DNA from: Nannocystis bainbridge
Lineage (GTDB): Bacteria > Myxococcota_A > Polyangia > Nannocystales > Nannocystaceae
DNA: 64,000 nucleotides
Assembly: GCF_028368995.1 (NCBI RefSeq)
Contig: NZ_JAQNDL010000002.1
Coordinates: 1,248,001 to 1,312,000, forward strand
Direction of reading: 5' to 3'
The notes beneath the pieces were generated by a model. It saw only the letters and a program-made list of their open reading frames with translations, had not been told where the DNA came from and did not search any database. Each line of letters starts with the position of its first letter. The first letter of the stretch is position 1. The position numbers were made by a program, and so were the translations under genes. Of the stretch, positions 9,831 to 19,822 are shown piece by piece.

Positions 9831-9981
9831 GCCCGCGGTTCGGGGACGGGCGGGGTCCTGCGGTCACGCGTGGGGACTTGGCGCATGCCCGGTGACCGTA
9901 CAGCTGTCCGGCCCGGTGAGCGCAATCGCGGCCCACGCATGGTGTTAAAGGGGACGGGCGTCCGGGCGTATACTGGCCGAG

Positions 9982-10365
9982 ATGCCGATCCGCGCTCTGG
10001 TCGTCGATGACTCCGCGGCGATGCGGACCTTCGTCAGCTCGGTCCTGGAGTCGACCGGTGATTTCGATGTCGACGAGGTCGGGCACGGCTTCGAGGCCAT
10101 ACGCCTGCTGCCTCGCGGCGACTACGCCCTGTTCGTGTTCGACGTCAACATGCCCGACTTCAGCGGGATCGAGCTGATCCGGGCCGTGCGCGAGCAGCCG
10201 CGTTACTCGCGGACGCCGCTGGTGGTGATGACCACCGAGGGCCGGCTCGGCGATCTCGAGCGGGCGCGCCAGGCCGGGGCGCAGGTCGTGATCACCAAGC
10301 CGTTCACGCCGGCGGGCCTGCTCGAGGCCGTGACGCGGGCGCGCGAGCTCGGAGGCGCGGATTGA
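9982..10365 (+). CDS. cheY: CheY-like single-domain response regulator
   Basis: LVVDDS, DVNMPDFSG, TT, KPF receiver motifs. First gene of the chemosensory operon. Confidence 0.85.
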   Translation: MPIRALVVDDSAAMRTFVSSVLESTGDFDVDEVGHGFEAIRLLPRGDYALFVFDVNMPDFSGIELIRAVREQPRYSRTPLVVMTTEGRLGDLERARQAGAQVVITKPFTPAGLLEAVTRARELGGAD

Positions 10366-12554
10366 CGAGCATCGACCAGAACGCCACCGAGTTCATCGCC
10401 GAGGCGCAGGAGATCATCGAGACCTTCTCGCGCACGCTGCTCGAGCTCGAGGCGCAGTCGCGCGGGAGCGGTCCGGAGCCGGACCTGATCAACGCGGCGT
10501 TCCGGGCGATCCACAGCCTCAAGGGTCTGGCCGGTCTGTTCGGCGCGTCGGCCATCGGCGGGCTGTCGCACAGCCTCGAGAACACGCTCGACAGCCTGCG
10601 GCTCGGCAAGCTCGATCTGTCGCGGCCGGTGCTCGACGTGCTGTTCGAGGCGATCGAGGTGTTCGGCCGCCTGCTGGCGCCGCAGGGCGAAGAGGGCGGC
10701 GGGTCCGAGGTCGACACCGAGCCGGTGCTGACGCGGCTGCGCCAGCTCGGTGAGCGCGAGGCGGAGTCGGCTGGCCCTCAGGACAGCCTCGAGTGGGTCG
10801 GCGAGAACATCCTCAGCGTGCTCACCGAGTACGAGGAGCACCGGCTGCGCGAGAACATCAAGGCCGGGCGCAACCTGTACCGGGTCCACGCCAAGTTCGA
10901 CATCATGCAGATCGATGTCGGGCTCGAGCAGCTGAAGGACAAGATGAAGGGCTACGGGGAGGTCATCACCTACCTCCCCAGCGCCGACGGCTCGTCCGAC
11001 GACGCGATCGAGCTCGACATCCTGCTCGGCTCGAAGGGCACCCTCGGCGAGATCAACGGGGCGCTGGCCAACCCCGACGTGGCGGTCCATCGGCTCACGC
11101 CCGCGGCCGAGGCGCCGCCGCCGGTGCCCTCGACCGGCCGCCTGGCGCCGCTGCCGTCCGCTGCCAAACCTGCTCCTCCGGTCATGTCCGAAGGGCCATC
11201 CAGGCGCGCCGAGCCGCCGCCGCGCGCCAGCGGGCCGACGACCTCCCGCACGGTGGTGACCACCACCGAGGAGCCCGATCCGGCCGTCGTCGCCTCGAGC
11301 GAGGCGAGCCTGCGCAGCCTCAGCCAGACGGTGCGGGTCGACCTGCGCCGGCTCGACCTGCTGATGAACCTGGTCGGCGAGCTGGGCCTGGTCCAGGCCA
11401 ACCTGACGGGGGTGCTCGACGAGCTGCGCCAGCTCGATCACAGCGCCGACGTGTCGCGCGAGCTGCGGGTCCAGATCCGCGACATGCACCGCAAGCTGGC
11501 GCTGCTGCAGCAGGGCATCCTCGACGTCCGCATGGTGCCGATCGGGCAGGTGTTCGACAAGCTGGCCCGGGTGGTCCGCAAGCTCAGCCGCGACCTCGAC
11601 AAGGAGATCCGGCTCGTCATCTCGGGGGCGGAGACGGTGCTCGACAAGCTGATCGTCGAGGAGCTGTCCGACCCGCTGATGCACATGATCCGCAACTGCA
11701 TCGACCACGGGATCGAGCCGGCGGTCGAGCGGGTGGCGCTCGACAAGCTGCCGGGCGGGAAGATCGAGCTGCGGGCGTTCCAGAAGGGCAACCGCGTCGT
11801 CATCGAGGTCGAGGACGACGGCCGCGGGATGGACTGGATGCGGATCCGCGACGTCGCGGTCCGCCGCAACCTCCTCAACGCCGAGGAGGCCGTGTCGCTG
11901 ACCCCGGGCGAGGCGGTCAACCTGATCTTCCAGCCGGGCTTCAGCACCCGCGACTCGGCGACCGAGGTGTCGGGCCGCGGCGTCGGCATGGACATCGTCA
12001 AGACCAACATCGCCCGCCTGTCGGGCATGATCGACGTCACCACCGACCTCGGTCGCGGGACGACCTTCTCGATCACGCTGCCGGTGACGCTGGCGATCAT
12101 CCAGGCGCTGGTGATCCAGTCGGCCGGGCACACGTTCTGCATCCCGCTCAACTCGGTGCTCGAGTCGATCATGGTCGAGACGCGCGAGATCGGGACGGTC
12201 GAGGGCCACGAGGTCATCACGCTCGGCGGCCGCACGCTGCCGCTGCTGCAGCTGTCGCGCCTGTTCGGGCTGAGGCCGCTCAACAAGAACTACCGCGATC
12301 CGAACCGCCTCTACGTGGTGGTGGTCGGGCTGGCGCAGCACCGCGTGGGTCTGGTGGTCGACGAGCTGCTCGGCCAGCAGGACGTGGTGATCAAGCCGCT
12401 GGGCAGCGCGGTCCGCAACGTGCCCGGCATCGCCGGCGCGACCGAGCTCGGGGCCAACCGCACGGTCTTGTTGCTCGACGTCGGCCGGCTGGTCGACGAG
12501 GGCGTGCGCCAGTCGGACGTGGCCTACAACCTCGGAGGCGGGCATGTCCGGTGA
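10362..12554 (+). CDS. cheA: Chemotaxis histidine kinase CheA
   Basis: Hpt (FRAIHSLKG), dimerisation domain (VRVDLRRLDLLMNLVGEL), HATPase (HMIRNCIDHGIE, DDGRG, SGRGVGMD) and C-terminal CheW domain. Confidence 0.95.
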   Translation: MTSIDQNATEFIAEAQEIIETFSRTLLELEAQSRGSGPEPDLINAAFRAIHSLKGLAGLFGASAIGGLSHSLENTLDSLRLGKLDLSRPVLDVLFEAIEVFGRLLAPQGEEGGGSEVDTEPVLTRLRQLGEREAESAGPQDSLEWVGENILSVLTEYEEHRLRENIKAGRNLYRVHAKFDIMQIDVGLEQLKDKMKGYGEVITYLPSADGSSDDAIELDILLGSKGTLGEINGALANPDVAVHRLTPAAEAPPPVPSTGRLAPLPSAAKPAPPVMSEGPSRRAEPPPRASGPTTSRTVVTTTEEPDPAVVASSEASLRSLSQTVRVDLRRLDLLMNLVGELGLVQANLTGVLDELRQLDHSADVSRELRVQIRDMHRKLALLQQGILDVRMVPIGQVFDKLARVVRKLSRDLDKEIRLVISGAETVLDKLIVEELSDPLMHMIRNCIDHGIEPAVERVALDKLPGGKIELRAFQKGNRVVIEVEDDGRGMDWMRIRDVAVRRNLLNAEEAVSLTPGEAVNLIFQPGFSTRDSATEVSGRGVGMDIVKTNIARLSGMIDVTTDLGRGTTFSITLPVTLAIIQALVIQSAGHTFCIPLNSVLESIMVETREIGTVEGHEVITLGGRTLPLLQLSRLFGLRPLNKNYRDPNRLYVVVVGLAQHRVGLVVDELLGQQDVVIKPLGSAVRNVPGIAGATELGANRTVLLLDVGRLVDEGVRQSDVAYNLGGGHVR

Positions 12555-13110
12555 GCGCGAAGACCTGTGGCAGGCGCTGCTGCGCAGCGGCGAGGTCGTG
12601 GTCACCGACGAGGACTACGAGCACGGCTACAAGCGCGAGGTCCGGCAGGACCTGCAGCAGTACGTGACGTTCCGGGTCAGCGGCGAGGTCTACGGGCTGG
12701 CGATCCACGAGATCGAGGAGATCAGCAAGGTCTTCCAGACCACCCACGTGCCGCGCACGGCGGATTTCTTGCTCGGGATCGGCAACGTCCGCGGCCGCAT
12801 CATGCCGGTCATCGATCTGGCCCGCCGCCTGCGCCTGCGCCCGGCGGAGCGCGGTCGGGCGGCGCGGGTGTTGATCGTGCACTTCAACGACGAGCCGTAC
12901 GGGCTGGTGGTCGACGAGGTGATGGACGTGATCCGGATCCCGCCCGAGGCGATGGAAGACAAGCCGGGCGGGCTGACCGGGACGCGCGCCGAGTACATCC
13001 GCGCGCTCGGTCGCAACGGCAAGGATCTGGTGATCATCCTCCACCTGCCGGCGCTCCTCGACGCCAAGGACTTCGTCAAAGTGACGGTCTACGAGGAGGG
13101 TCGCTCGTGA
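12544..13110 (+). CDS. cheW: CheW adaptor
   Basis: YVTFRVSGEVYGL, VPRTADFLLGIGNVRGRIMPVIDL, GLVVDEV. Confidence 0.92.
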   Translation: MSGEREDLWQALLRSGEVVVTDEDYEHGYKREVRQDLQQYVTFRVSGEVYGLAIHEIEEISKVFQTTHVPRTADFLLGIGNVRGRIMPVIDLARRLRLRPAERGRAARVLIVHFNDEPYGLVVDEVMDVIRIPPEAMEDKPGGLTGTRAEYIRALGRNGKDLVIILHLPALLDAKDFVKVTVYEEGRS

Positions 13111-13712
13111 CGGAGGTCCGCGAGGGTCGCTCCAGCGCCGCCGAGGAGGACCTCAAGGTCGCCGGCTTCTACGTCGGCACGGGCCTCTACGGCATCGAGA
13201 TCATGCGGATCAAAGAGGTCATCCAGGCCCGCCCGTATCCGATCCGCCCGGTGCCGTACGCGCCCGAGATCGTGGAGGGCGTGATCCAGCTGCGCGGCGT
13301 GGTGATCCCCGTGGTGGATCTGCGGCGACGCTTCCGCGTGACGATCGATCCGGCCATCGACCACCTCAACAAGCTGATCATCGTCAGCGTGGCGGGGCGC
13401 ATCGCCGGCCTCAAGGTCGACCGCGTGCTGGGCGAGCTGCGGGTGCCCGCGGGCGGCCTGCGACCGGCGCCGTCGATGCTGCGGCCGGAGCTCGATCGCA
13501 GCGGTGATACCAATATCTTCAGCGGGGTTTCGCGGGCCCATCGACACCGCGAACGCTCGGAGAATCGCCGCCAGCCGCTGGTCGGCGGCGACCGACGAGG
13601 ACACACGCCGACGGCGGTGGGACAACCAACGCCGGTGGAAGACCGACAGGCGGGCGACGACATGGTTTTTGTGATCAACCTCGATGCGCTGCTGCGCACG
13701 GGGGGGAGGTAG
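13107..13712 (+). CDS. cheW: Second CheW adaptor, with an insertion near the C-terminus
   Basis: GTG at 13107 overlaps the previous stop. YGIEIMRIKEVI, VEGVIQLRGVVIPVVDLRRRF, GLKVDRV. Confidence 0.85.
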   Translation: MTEVREGRSSAAEEDLKVAGFYVGTGLYGIEIMRIKEVIQARPYPIRPVPYAPEIVEGVIQLRGVVIPVVDLRRRFRVTIDPAIDHLNKLIIVSVAGRIAGLKVDRVLGELRVPAGGLRPAPSMLRPELDRSGDTNIFSGVSRAHRHRERSENRRQPLVGGDRRGHTPTAVGQPTPVEDRQAGDDMVFVINLDALLRTGGR

Positions 13713-13718
13713 CGCGGG

Positions 13719-14441
13719 GTGAGCGAGGCGCAGGTGAGGCTCAAGATCCTGGTCGCCCACGAGCGGCTGGCGCTCGGACAGGCGATCGGCCGGGTGCTGG
13801 CGGCGCAGGGGTTCGTGGCGGTGACGGTGACGGACACGGCGGCGGCCGAGCAGGCGATGCGCGCCGACATGTTCGCCGCGTTGGTGCTCGACGTGGCGTT
13901 GCCGGGCGGCAAGGCGTGTCACGAGCTGATCCAGCTGGCGAAGTCCGAGCTGCCGGCGCCGATCCCCGCGGTCGTGCTGGTGGCGTCGGTGTTCCGCAAG
14001 ACCAGCTACAAGCGACGCCCGACCCAGCTGTACGGGGCCGACGATTACGTCGAGATCCATCGCCTCGGCGATCAGCTGCCGGGCAAGCTGTGGCACCTGC
14101 TCGGCGGCGATCCGGGGGCGATGCCCGGGCTCGTCGAGGCGGAGGCGGTGCTTTCGACGATCCAGGACGAGGGCGATCAGCGGCTGTTCGAGCAGCGCGG
14201 GCGCACGCTGCGGCTGTCCGAGCTGATCGTCGCCGACCTGATCCTGTACGCCGGCGATCGCGTGCTCACGGCCACGACGCAGGCCGAGGCCCGGGCGCTG
14301 CTGGCCGGCGATCTCGAGGCGGCGCGGCAGCTGTTCCGCCAGATCAATCCGGTCCCGCTGGCGCCGGGCGTCGATCCGATCGGCGCCGCCTTCGACGACA
14401 TGATGCGGATGTTCAACCTCGATCCCGGGGAGCCCTCATGA
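13719..14441 (+). CDS. Atypical response regulator (receiver plus helical C-terminal domain)
   Basis: Receiver fold with LDVALPG, but the N-terminal acidic pair is replaced (VAHE). Contains YKRRPTQLYGADDYVE. Confidence 0.7.
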   Translation: MSEAQVRLKILVAHERLALGQAIGRVLAAQGFVAVTVTDTAAAEQAMRADMFAALVLDVALPGGKACHELIQLAKSELPAPIPAVVLVASVFRKTSYKRRPTQLYGADDYVEIHRLGDQLPGKLWHLLGGDPGAMPGLVEAEAVLSTIQDEGDQRLFEQRGRTLRLSELIVADLILYAGDRVLTATTQAEARALLAGDLEAARQLFRQINPVPLAPGVDPIGAAFDDMMRMFNLDPGEPS

Positions 14442-16474
14442 ACGCGCTCCGCTCCGATCTCGCGCGCTGCATCGAATTCTTCGGGAGCGAACGCTGGCGC
14501 GAGCGCAAGGACGCGTCCCGCGACTTGCTGGCGGCGGTCCGCGAGCAGCCGCCCGCGCCGGACCAACTGGCCATCCTCGTCGAACAGCTGCTCGACGGGC
14601 TGGTGACGCCGGACTCGGTGGCACGCCGCTCGGTGTGCCACGAGGTGCTGACGGGCATCGGTCCTTCGGTGGTGCCGGCGATCCGCCGGCGACTCCGGGT
14701 CGGTGGGGTCGGGTCACGCATGGTCGTCGATCTGCTCGGCGACGTCGGCGGGGCCGACGACGTGCCGCTGCTGGCGGCGATCCTCGGCGCCCCGGGCGAC
14801 GACAACGTGCGCGCCTCGGCGGCCGCGGCCCTGGGGGTGCTCGGCGGGGCCGAGGCCGAGCGCGCGCTGGCGAATGTCCTTTCGGACAGCTCGGAGATGC
14901 TGCGGATGTTCGCCCTCGACGCGCTGGCCCGCCTCGGGGTGGTGGTGCCGCCGGCGCGGCTGAGCGGGCTGCTCGCCGATCCGGTGACGCGGCGCGCGGC
15001 GGTGGCGGTGCTCGGGTACAGCGGCGATCCGGCGGCGGCGAGCCAGCTGGTGCAGTTTCTGGGCGATCCGATGCCGGGGGTGCGCGCGGCCGCGGCGGTG
15101 GCGGTGGTGCGGCTGCACGCGACGCTGTCGCTGCGCGGCGATCCGGTGGCAGTCGCGGCGGCGCTGGCGGAGCGCGACGGCGAGCCGCTGCGCCAGCGGA
15201 TCCGCGAGCTCGTCGAGCACCGCCAGCTCGAGGTCAAGCTCGCGGCGCTGGCCCTGGCCGGGGCGCTCGGCGACGTGCGCAGCCTGGCGCATGTCCTCCG
15301 GGCCATGTCGGATCCGGAGCTGCGCGAGCGCGCGGTCGAGTTCGCGGCCGGGCTCGGGGCGGCGGCTGTACCTGTCCTTGTGGACATGGTCGAACAGACA
15401 GCCCCCGAGGCGCTCGGCGATCTGTTCTTGCTGGTGAGCGGGCTCGGGCCGGCGGGCACGCACCCGCGGCTGGTCGAGGCGTTGACGGCGGCGCTGGCCG
15501 GTCCCGACGCCCACGCGGCGTGCATGGCCGCGACGGCGCTCGGCAAGATCGGCGGGCTCGAGGTGATCGCGCCGCTGGCCCGCGCGCTCGCGCTCGAGGG
15601 TCCGGCGGGCGAGGCGGCGGCGGTGGCGTTCGCGGCGGTGGCCGGGCGAGCGCTCGGGTCGCGCCACGCCCGGGTCGCGCCGCATCTGCCGGCGGAAGCG
15701 GGCGGGGGGGCGCTGCTGCGCAACCTGTGCCGCGCGTTCGGCATGCTCGGTCGCGGCGGCGACGTCGGCTTCGTGGCGCCGCTGATCGCCCGGCTCGGCG
15801 ATAGCGACGTCGGCGTGCGTCTGCTGGCCGCACGAGCGCTGGGCCAGATCGGCGGCGAGCACGAGGGCGCGGCGGCGCTGGCCCTGGCGCTGCAAGACGA
15901 GGACGCGGGCGTGCGGGCGGCGGCGTCCCGCAGCCTGGGACAGATCGGCGCGGCGGAGTCGGTGCCGGCGCTGCTGACCGCGTCCCGTGACCCGAGCTCG
16001 TCGGTGCGCGCCGCGGCCGTGCAGGCGCTGGTCGGGCTCGACAACCCGATCGCGCTGACGCGGCTGCGCGAGGTGGTGCTGGCCGACACGGCGCCGGCGG
16101 TGGTGATCCAGGCGATCGCGGGGCTGAGCCGCTCGGGCACCGATCAGGATCTGGTGATGCTGATGAGCCTGTGCCGCGCGCCCGATCACGAGATCGTGAA
16201 GGCGGCGGCGCGCGGGCTGGCCGGCTGTCGCGGGCATCGAGCCACGGCGGCGGTGCTCGGGCTGCTCGAGCACCCGCGCTGGGACGTCCGCTGGGCGGCC
16301 GCCGAGGCGCTGGGCGAGCGCGGCGACACGACCGCCTTGCACCCGCTGCGCCGCGTCCACGCCGTCGAGCCGGATCCGCTGGTGCGCAAGGTGCTGGCGG
16401 GCGCGGTGGCGCGGCTCGAGACGCGCGCGGCCGAGCAGGCGGCGGTCGACGGCGAGGGAGCGCCCACGGCGTGA
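14438..16474 (+). CDS. HEAT/PBS-lyase repeat protein in the chemosensory cluster
   Basis: Many D.xVRxxAAxALG repeats. ATG overlaps the previous stop (ATGA). Confidence 0.88.
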   Translation: MNALRSDLARCIEFFGSERWRERKDASRDLLAAVREQPPAPDQLAILVEQLLDGLVTPDSVARRSVCHEVLTGIGPSVVPAIRRRLRVGGVGSRMVVDLLGDVGGADDVPLLAAILGAPGDDNVRASAAAALGVLGGAEAERALANVLSDSSEMLRMFALDALARLGVVVPPARLSGLLADPVTRRAAVAVLGYSGDPAAASQLVQFLGDPMPGVRAAAAVAVVRLHATLSLRGDPVAVAAALAERDGEPLRQRIRELVEHRQLEVKLAALALAGALGDVRSLAHVLRAMSDPELRERAVEFAAGLGAAAVPVLVDMVEQTAPEALGDLFLLVSGLGPAGTHPRLVEALTAALAGPDAHAACMAATALGKIGGLEVIAPLARALALEGPAGEAAAVAFAAVAGRALGSRHARVAPHLPAEAGGGALLRNLCRAFGMLGRGGDVGFVAPLIARLGDSDVGVRLLAARALGQIGGEHEGAAALALALQDEDAGVRAAASRSLGQIGAAESVPALLTASRDPSSSVRAAAVQALVGLDNPIALTRLREVVLADTAPAVVIQAIAGLSRSGTDQDLVMLMSLCRAPDHEIVKAAARGLAGCRGHRATAAVLGLLEHPRWDVRWAAAEALGERGDTTALHPLRRVHAVEPDPLVRKVLAGAVARLETRAAEQAAVDGEGAPTA

Positions 16475-17328
16475 ACACGCGGGCTTCCGGCGGGATCGAG
16501 CCCCCGGTGCGCGTGCGCATCACGCCGGAGGAGTCGCGGCTGCTGGCGGAGCTGATCCTCGAGTACTGCGGCGTGCTGCTCGCCAGCGACGCGGGGTTCT
16601 TGCTCGAGCGCCGGCTGGCGTCGCGGCTCGACCACCTGAGCCTCGGGTCGTATCTCGAGTACTACCACTACCTCAGCTACGACCTCGGCGGGCCGGTCGA
16701 GCTGCTCGAGTGCATCGAGCGGGTCACGACCCACGAGACTTACCTGTTCCGCGAGCAGTTTCAGCTCGACGCGTTCGAGCGCGAGATCCTGCCGGTGCTG
16801 CTCGGGCGACGGGGGGCGCGCGCACCCGTGGTGTGGAGCGCCGGCTGCTCGACCGGCGAAGAGGCGTACACGATCGCCGCGCTGCTGGCCGAGACCGCCC
16901 GCCCGGGGGCGCGGGTGATCGGCAGCGACATCAGCCTGCGCGGGGTCCGGACGGCCGAGGTCGGGATCTACGGGCCGAGCAGTTTTCGCACGACCCCCGA
17001 GGAGCGGCGGGAGCGCTACTTCGAGCCGCTCCCGAGCGGGCAGTGGCGGGCCATCGAGCCGCTGCGGCGGATGTGCACCTTCGTCCACCTCAACCTCCTC
17101 GACACCGCCCGGTACACCGAGCTCGGCGCCATCGACACGATTTTCTGCCGCAACGTCCTGATGTATTTATCGAGCCAGGCGAGGCGGCGCGTGGTCGAAG
17201 GGTTCTACGACGCGCTGGTGCCGGGAGGCTACCTGTTGCTCGGACACTCGGAGAGCCTGATCAGCGTCCCGGGGCGCTTCGACCTCGTGAACCTCAGCAA
17301 CGACCTCGTGTATCGCAAGCCGGGTTAG
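16471..17328 (+). CDS. cheR: Protein-glutamate O-methyltransferase CheR
   Basis: TTHETYLFRE, WSAGCSTGEEAYT, FCRNVLMY, LLLGHSE. Confidence 0.95.
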   Translation: MNTRASGGIEPPVRVRITPEESRLLAELILEYCGVLLASDAGFLLERRLASRLDHLSLGSYLEYYHYLSYDLGGPVELLECIERVTTHETYLFREQFQLDAFEREILPVLLGRRGARAPVVWSAGCSTGEEAYTIAALLAETARPGARVIGSDISLRGVRTAEVGIYGPSSFRTTPEERRERYFEPLPSGQWRAIEPLRRMCTFVHLNLLDTARYTELGAIDTIFCRNVLMYLSSQARRRVVEGFYDALVPGGYLLLGHSESLISVPGRFDLVNLSNDLVYRKPG

Positions 17329-17338
17329 AGGAACTGCG

Positions 17339-18460
17339 ATGGACGGCCATAAGCTGCGCGCCCTGGTAGTCGACGACTCGGCCTACAACCGGCAGACGAT
17401 CGCCGCGATGCTCGAGCTCGATCCGGGCGTCGAGGTCATCGGCCGCGCCTCCAACGGCAAGGAGGCGCTGCGCATGGTGTTCGACCTCCAGCCGGACGTC
17501 ATCACGCTCGACCTCGAGATGCCGGAGATGGACGGCTTCTCGTTCTTGCGGGTGCTGATGGCCAAGAAGCCGCTGCCGGTGATCGTCGTCAGCGGCCACG
17601 CCGAACGCGACCATGTGTTCCGCGCGCTCGAGCTCGGCGCGCTCGACTTCATCGCCAAGCCGGGCCGCCACATCGGCCCCGACCTGCGCACGATCCAGGA
17701 GGACCTGCTGGCCAAGCTGCGCGTGGTAAGGCGCCTCAGCGTGGTCCGCCTGCTGCAGCGCGCGCAGCACCTGGCCGAGCAGCGCGGCGAGCGGTCGACG
17801 CTCGAGGTGCCGGCGTTCGACAGCGGCCGCTACGAGCCGCAGAAGCGCCGCGGGCCGCCGCTCGGCGTGCTGGGGATCGCGGCCTCGACCGGCGGTCCGC
17901 CCGCGCTGCAGCAGCTGCTGTGCGCGCTGCCGGTGACGCTGCCGATCGCCATCCTCGTGGCCCAGCACATGCCGGCGCGCTTCACCCGGGCGTTCGCGGC
18001 GCGGCTCGACAAGATCTGCTCGTTCCAGGTGTGCGAGGCGACCGATCAGCAGGAGCTGCAGGCGGGTGTGGTGTACATCGCCCCGGGCGCGGCCAACCTC
18101 GAGGTCGACGCCGGGCCGACCGGCGTGCGCGTGCGCGTGCGGCCGCCGCGGGGCGGGGCGACGATCGTCCCGTCGGGCGACCTGCTGTTCAAGACGGTGT
18201 CCGACCTGTTCGGGCCTCGCTTCTGCGCGCTGATCTTGACCGGCATGGGCAGCGACGGGCGCGAGGGGGCCGAGCTGGCCAAGCGGCTGGGGGCGACGGT
18301 GCTGGCCGAGGATCCGAACACGGCGGTGATGCCGGGCATGCCGGCGGCCGCGATCGACGCCGGCGTGGTCGACTCCGTGCTGTCGCTCGAGGAGCTGCCG
18401 GTGGCGATCCAGCGGTTTGCAGACGCCTGCCGACCGCGGCCGGAAGAGCTGCCGCGGTAG
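17339..18460 (+). CDS. cheB: Receiver-domain methylesterase CheB
   Basis: Receiver (DLEMPEMDG) plus catalytic ASTGGP, QHMP and LTGMGSDG motifs. Confidence 0.95.
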   Translation: MDGHKLRALVVDDSAYNRQTIAAMLELDPGVEVIGRASNGKEALRMVFDLQPDVITLDLEMPEMDGFSFLRVLMAKKPLPVIVVSGHAERDHVFRALELGALDFIAKPGRHIGPDLRTIQEDLLAKLRVVRRLSVVRLLQRAQHLAEQRGERSTLEVPAFDSGRYEPQKRRGPPLGVLGIAASTGGPPALQQLLCALPVTLPIAILVAQHMPARFTRAFAARLDKICSFQVCEATDQQELQAGVVYIAPGAANLEVDAGPTGVRVRVRPPRGGATIVPSGDLLFKTVSDLFGPRFCALILTGMGSDGREGAELAKRLGATVLAEDPNTAVMPGMPAAAIDAGVVDSVLSLEELPVAIQRFADACRPRPEELPR

Positions 18461-18596
18461 CGCCCGGGGGCTGCGGGGCTCGCCGGGCGGCGGGCAGCCC
18501 GCGATGGCGGCGCTGCAGTTCGTCATGCGAAATCACCCCCAGGAGCTGGCGCCGGCGGGCGCCCGTCCGGCCTTGAGGCGTGATACCTTCGCCCCG

Positions 18597-19424
18597 ATGC
18601 GTGCGCAGGACGCCGGCCAGGGGGACCTTCACGACAAGACCCGGGCGGCACTTCATGAATTTTTCGGACGCGGGGAGGCCTTCGTCCGCCAACTCATCGC
18701 CGAGAACGAACGCCTGCGCGGCGAACTCAACGAAGCGCAACCCGATCGTCCGGCGCGACCGGAGCTGACGCCGGGCACGGTGATGGAAGGCCTCATCGGC
18801 CGCATCGTCGAGCTCGAAAAGGCGCGGGGCGCTGCAGCGGAGGCGGGGGCGCCGGCGCCGGCCGGCGAGGTCGCTCGCCTGCGCGATCGCCTGGTCCAGC
18901 TCGAGGACGAGAACTACCACCTCGCGTCGATGTACGTCGCGGGGCTGCAGTTCCACGCGTCGCGGACGATCGGCGACGTGCTGCAGACCACCACCGAGAT
19001 CCTGCTCAACTTCATCGGCGTCGGCGCCTTCACCCTCTACCTCGTCGACGAGGAGCGGCGCGTGTTGTTCCCGATCGCGCGCGAGGGCGGAGAGATGGAC
19101 GAGCTCGTCGAGATCGAGATGGACGAAGCGAGCCCCGCGGCGCAGATGGTCCAGCGGGGACGCCCGTGGACCCGCGGAGATCCCGCATACGCGTCGGACG
19201 ACGTGATCATGTATCTTCCGCTGGTCAGTGGACGGCGGCTCGTCGCGGTCCTGCGGCTCGAAGCGTTTCTGGCGCAAAAGCCCGGCTTCGAGGACAATGA
19301 CTACAGCCTCCTCTCCATGATTTCCGAACACGCCGGCATCGCCATCGAGTCGGCGTGGATCCGGGCTCACGCCAAGGCGGTCGCGCTGCAGCGGCAGGCC
19401 GTAGAACACCTCCTCGGATCATGA
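18597..19424 (+). CDS. Coiled-coil plus GAF domain protein
   Basis: N-terminal coiled coil (QLIAENERLRGEL), then a GAF-like region ending in HAGIAIESA. No output domain. Confidence 0.75.
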   Translation: MRAQDAGQGDLHDKTRAALHEFFGRGEAFVRQLIAENERLRGELNEAQPDRPARPELTPGTVMEGLIGRIVELEKARGAAAEAGAPAPAGEVARLRDRLVQLEDENYHLASMYVAGLQFHASRTIGDVLQTTTEILLNFIGVGAFTLYLVDEERRVLFPIAREGGEMDELVEIEMDEASPAAQMVQRGRPWTRGDPAYASDDVIMYLPLVSGRRLVAVLRLEAFLAQKPGFEDNDYSLLSMISEHAGIAIESAWIRAHAKAVALQRQAVEHLLGS

Positions 19425-19822
19425 CCCAGGACACCCAAACTCGCCGGCTCAACGCGTTGGTGGTCGAAGACAGCCCACCGATGCGGAAGATGATCGTGTT
19501 CGCGTTGTCGCGGATCCGGGAGCTCAGCGTGGTCGAGGCCGACGACGGCGTCGACGCGCTCCGCCGCCTGTCGGGCACCAAGTTCGACATCATCATCACC
19601 GACATCAACATGCCCATCCTCGACGGGCTGAAGCTCGTCAAGCGCCTGCGGGCGGACGAGACCTACCAGGACGTGCCGATCATCATCATCACGACCGAGG
19701 GGGCCGCCGAGGACCGGCAGCGCGCGCTGGCGCTGGGCGCCAACGCGTACATCACCAAGCCCATCCAGGCCCCGGCGGTCATCAAGCTGGTGCGCGAGAT
19801 CCTCAACCTGGAGGAGCGGTGA
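19421..19822 (+). CDS. cheY: CheY-like response regulator
   Basis: LVVEDS, TDINMPILDG, TTEG, YITKP. Confidence 0.85.
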   Translation: MTQDTQTRRLNALVVEDSPPMRKMIVFALSRIRELSVVEADDGVDALRRLSGTKFDIIITDINMPILDGLKLVKRLRADETYQDVPIIIITTEGAAEDRQRALALGANAYITKPIQAPAVIKLVREILNLEER

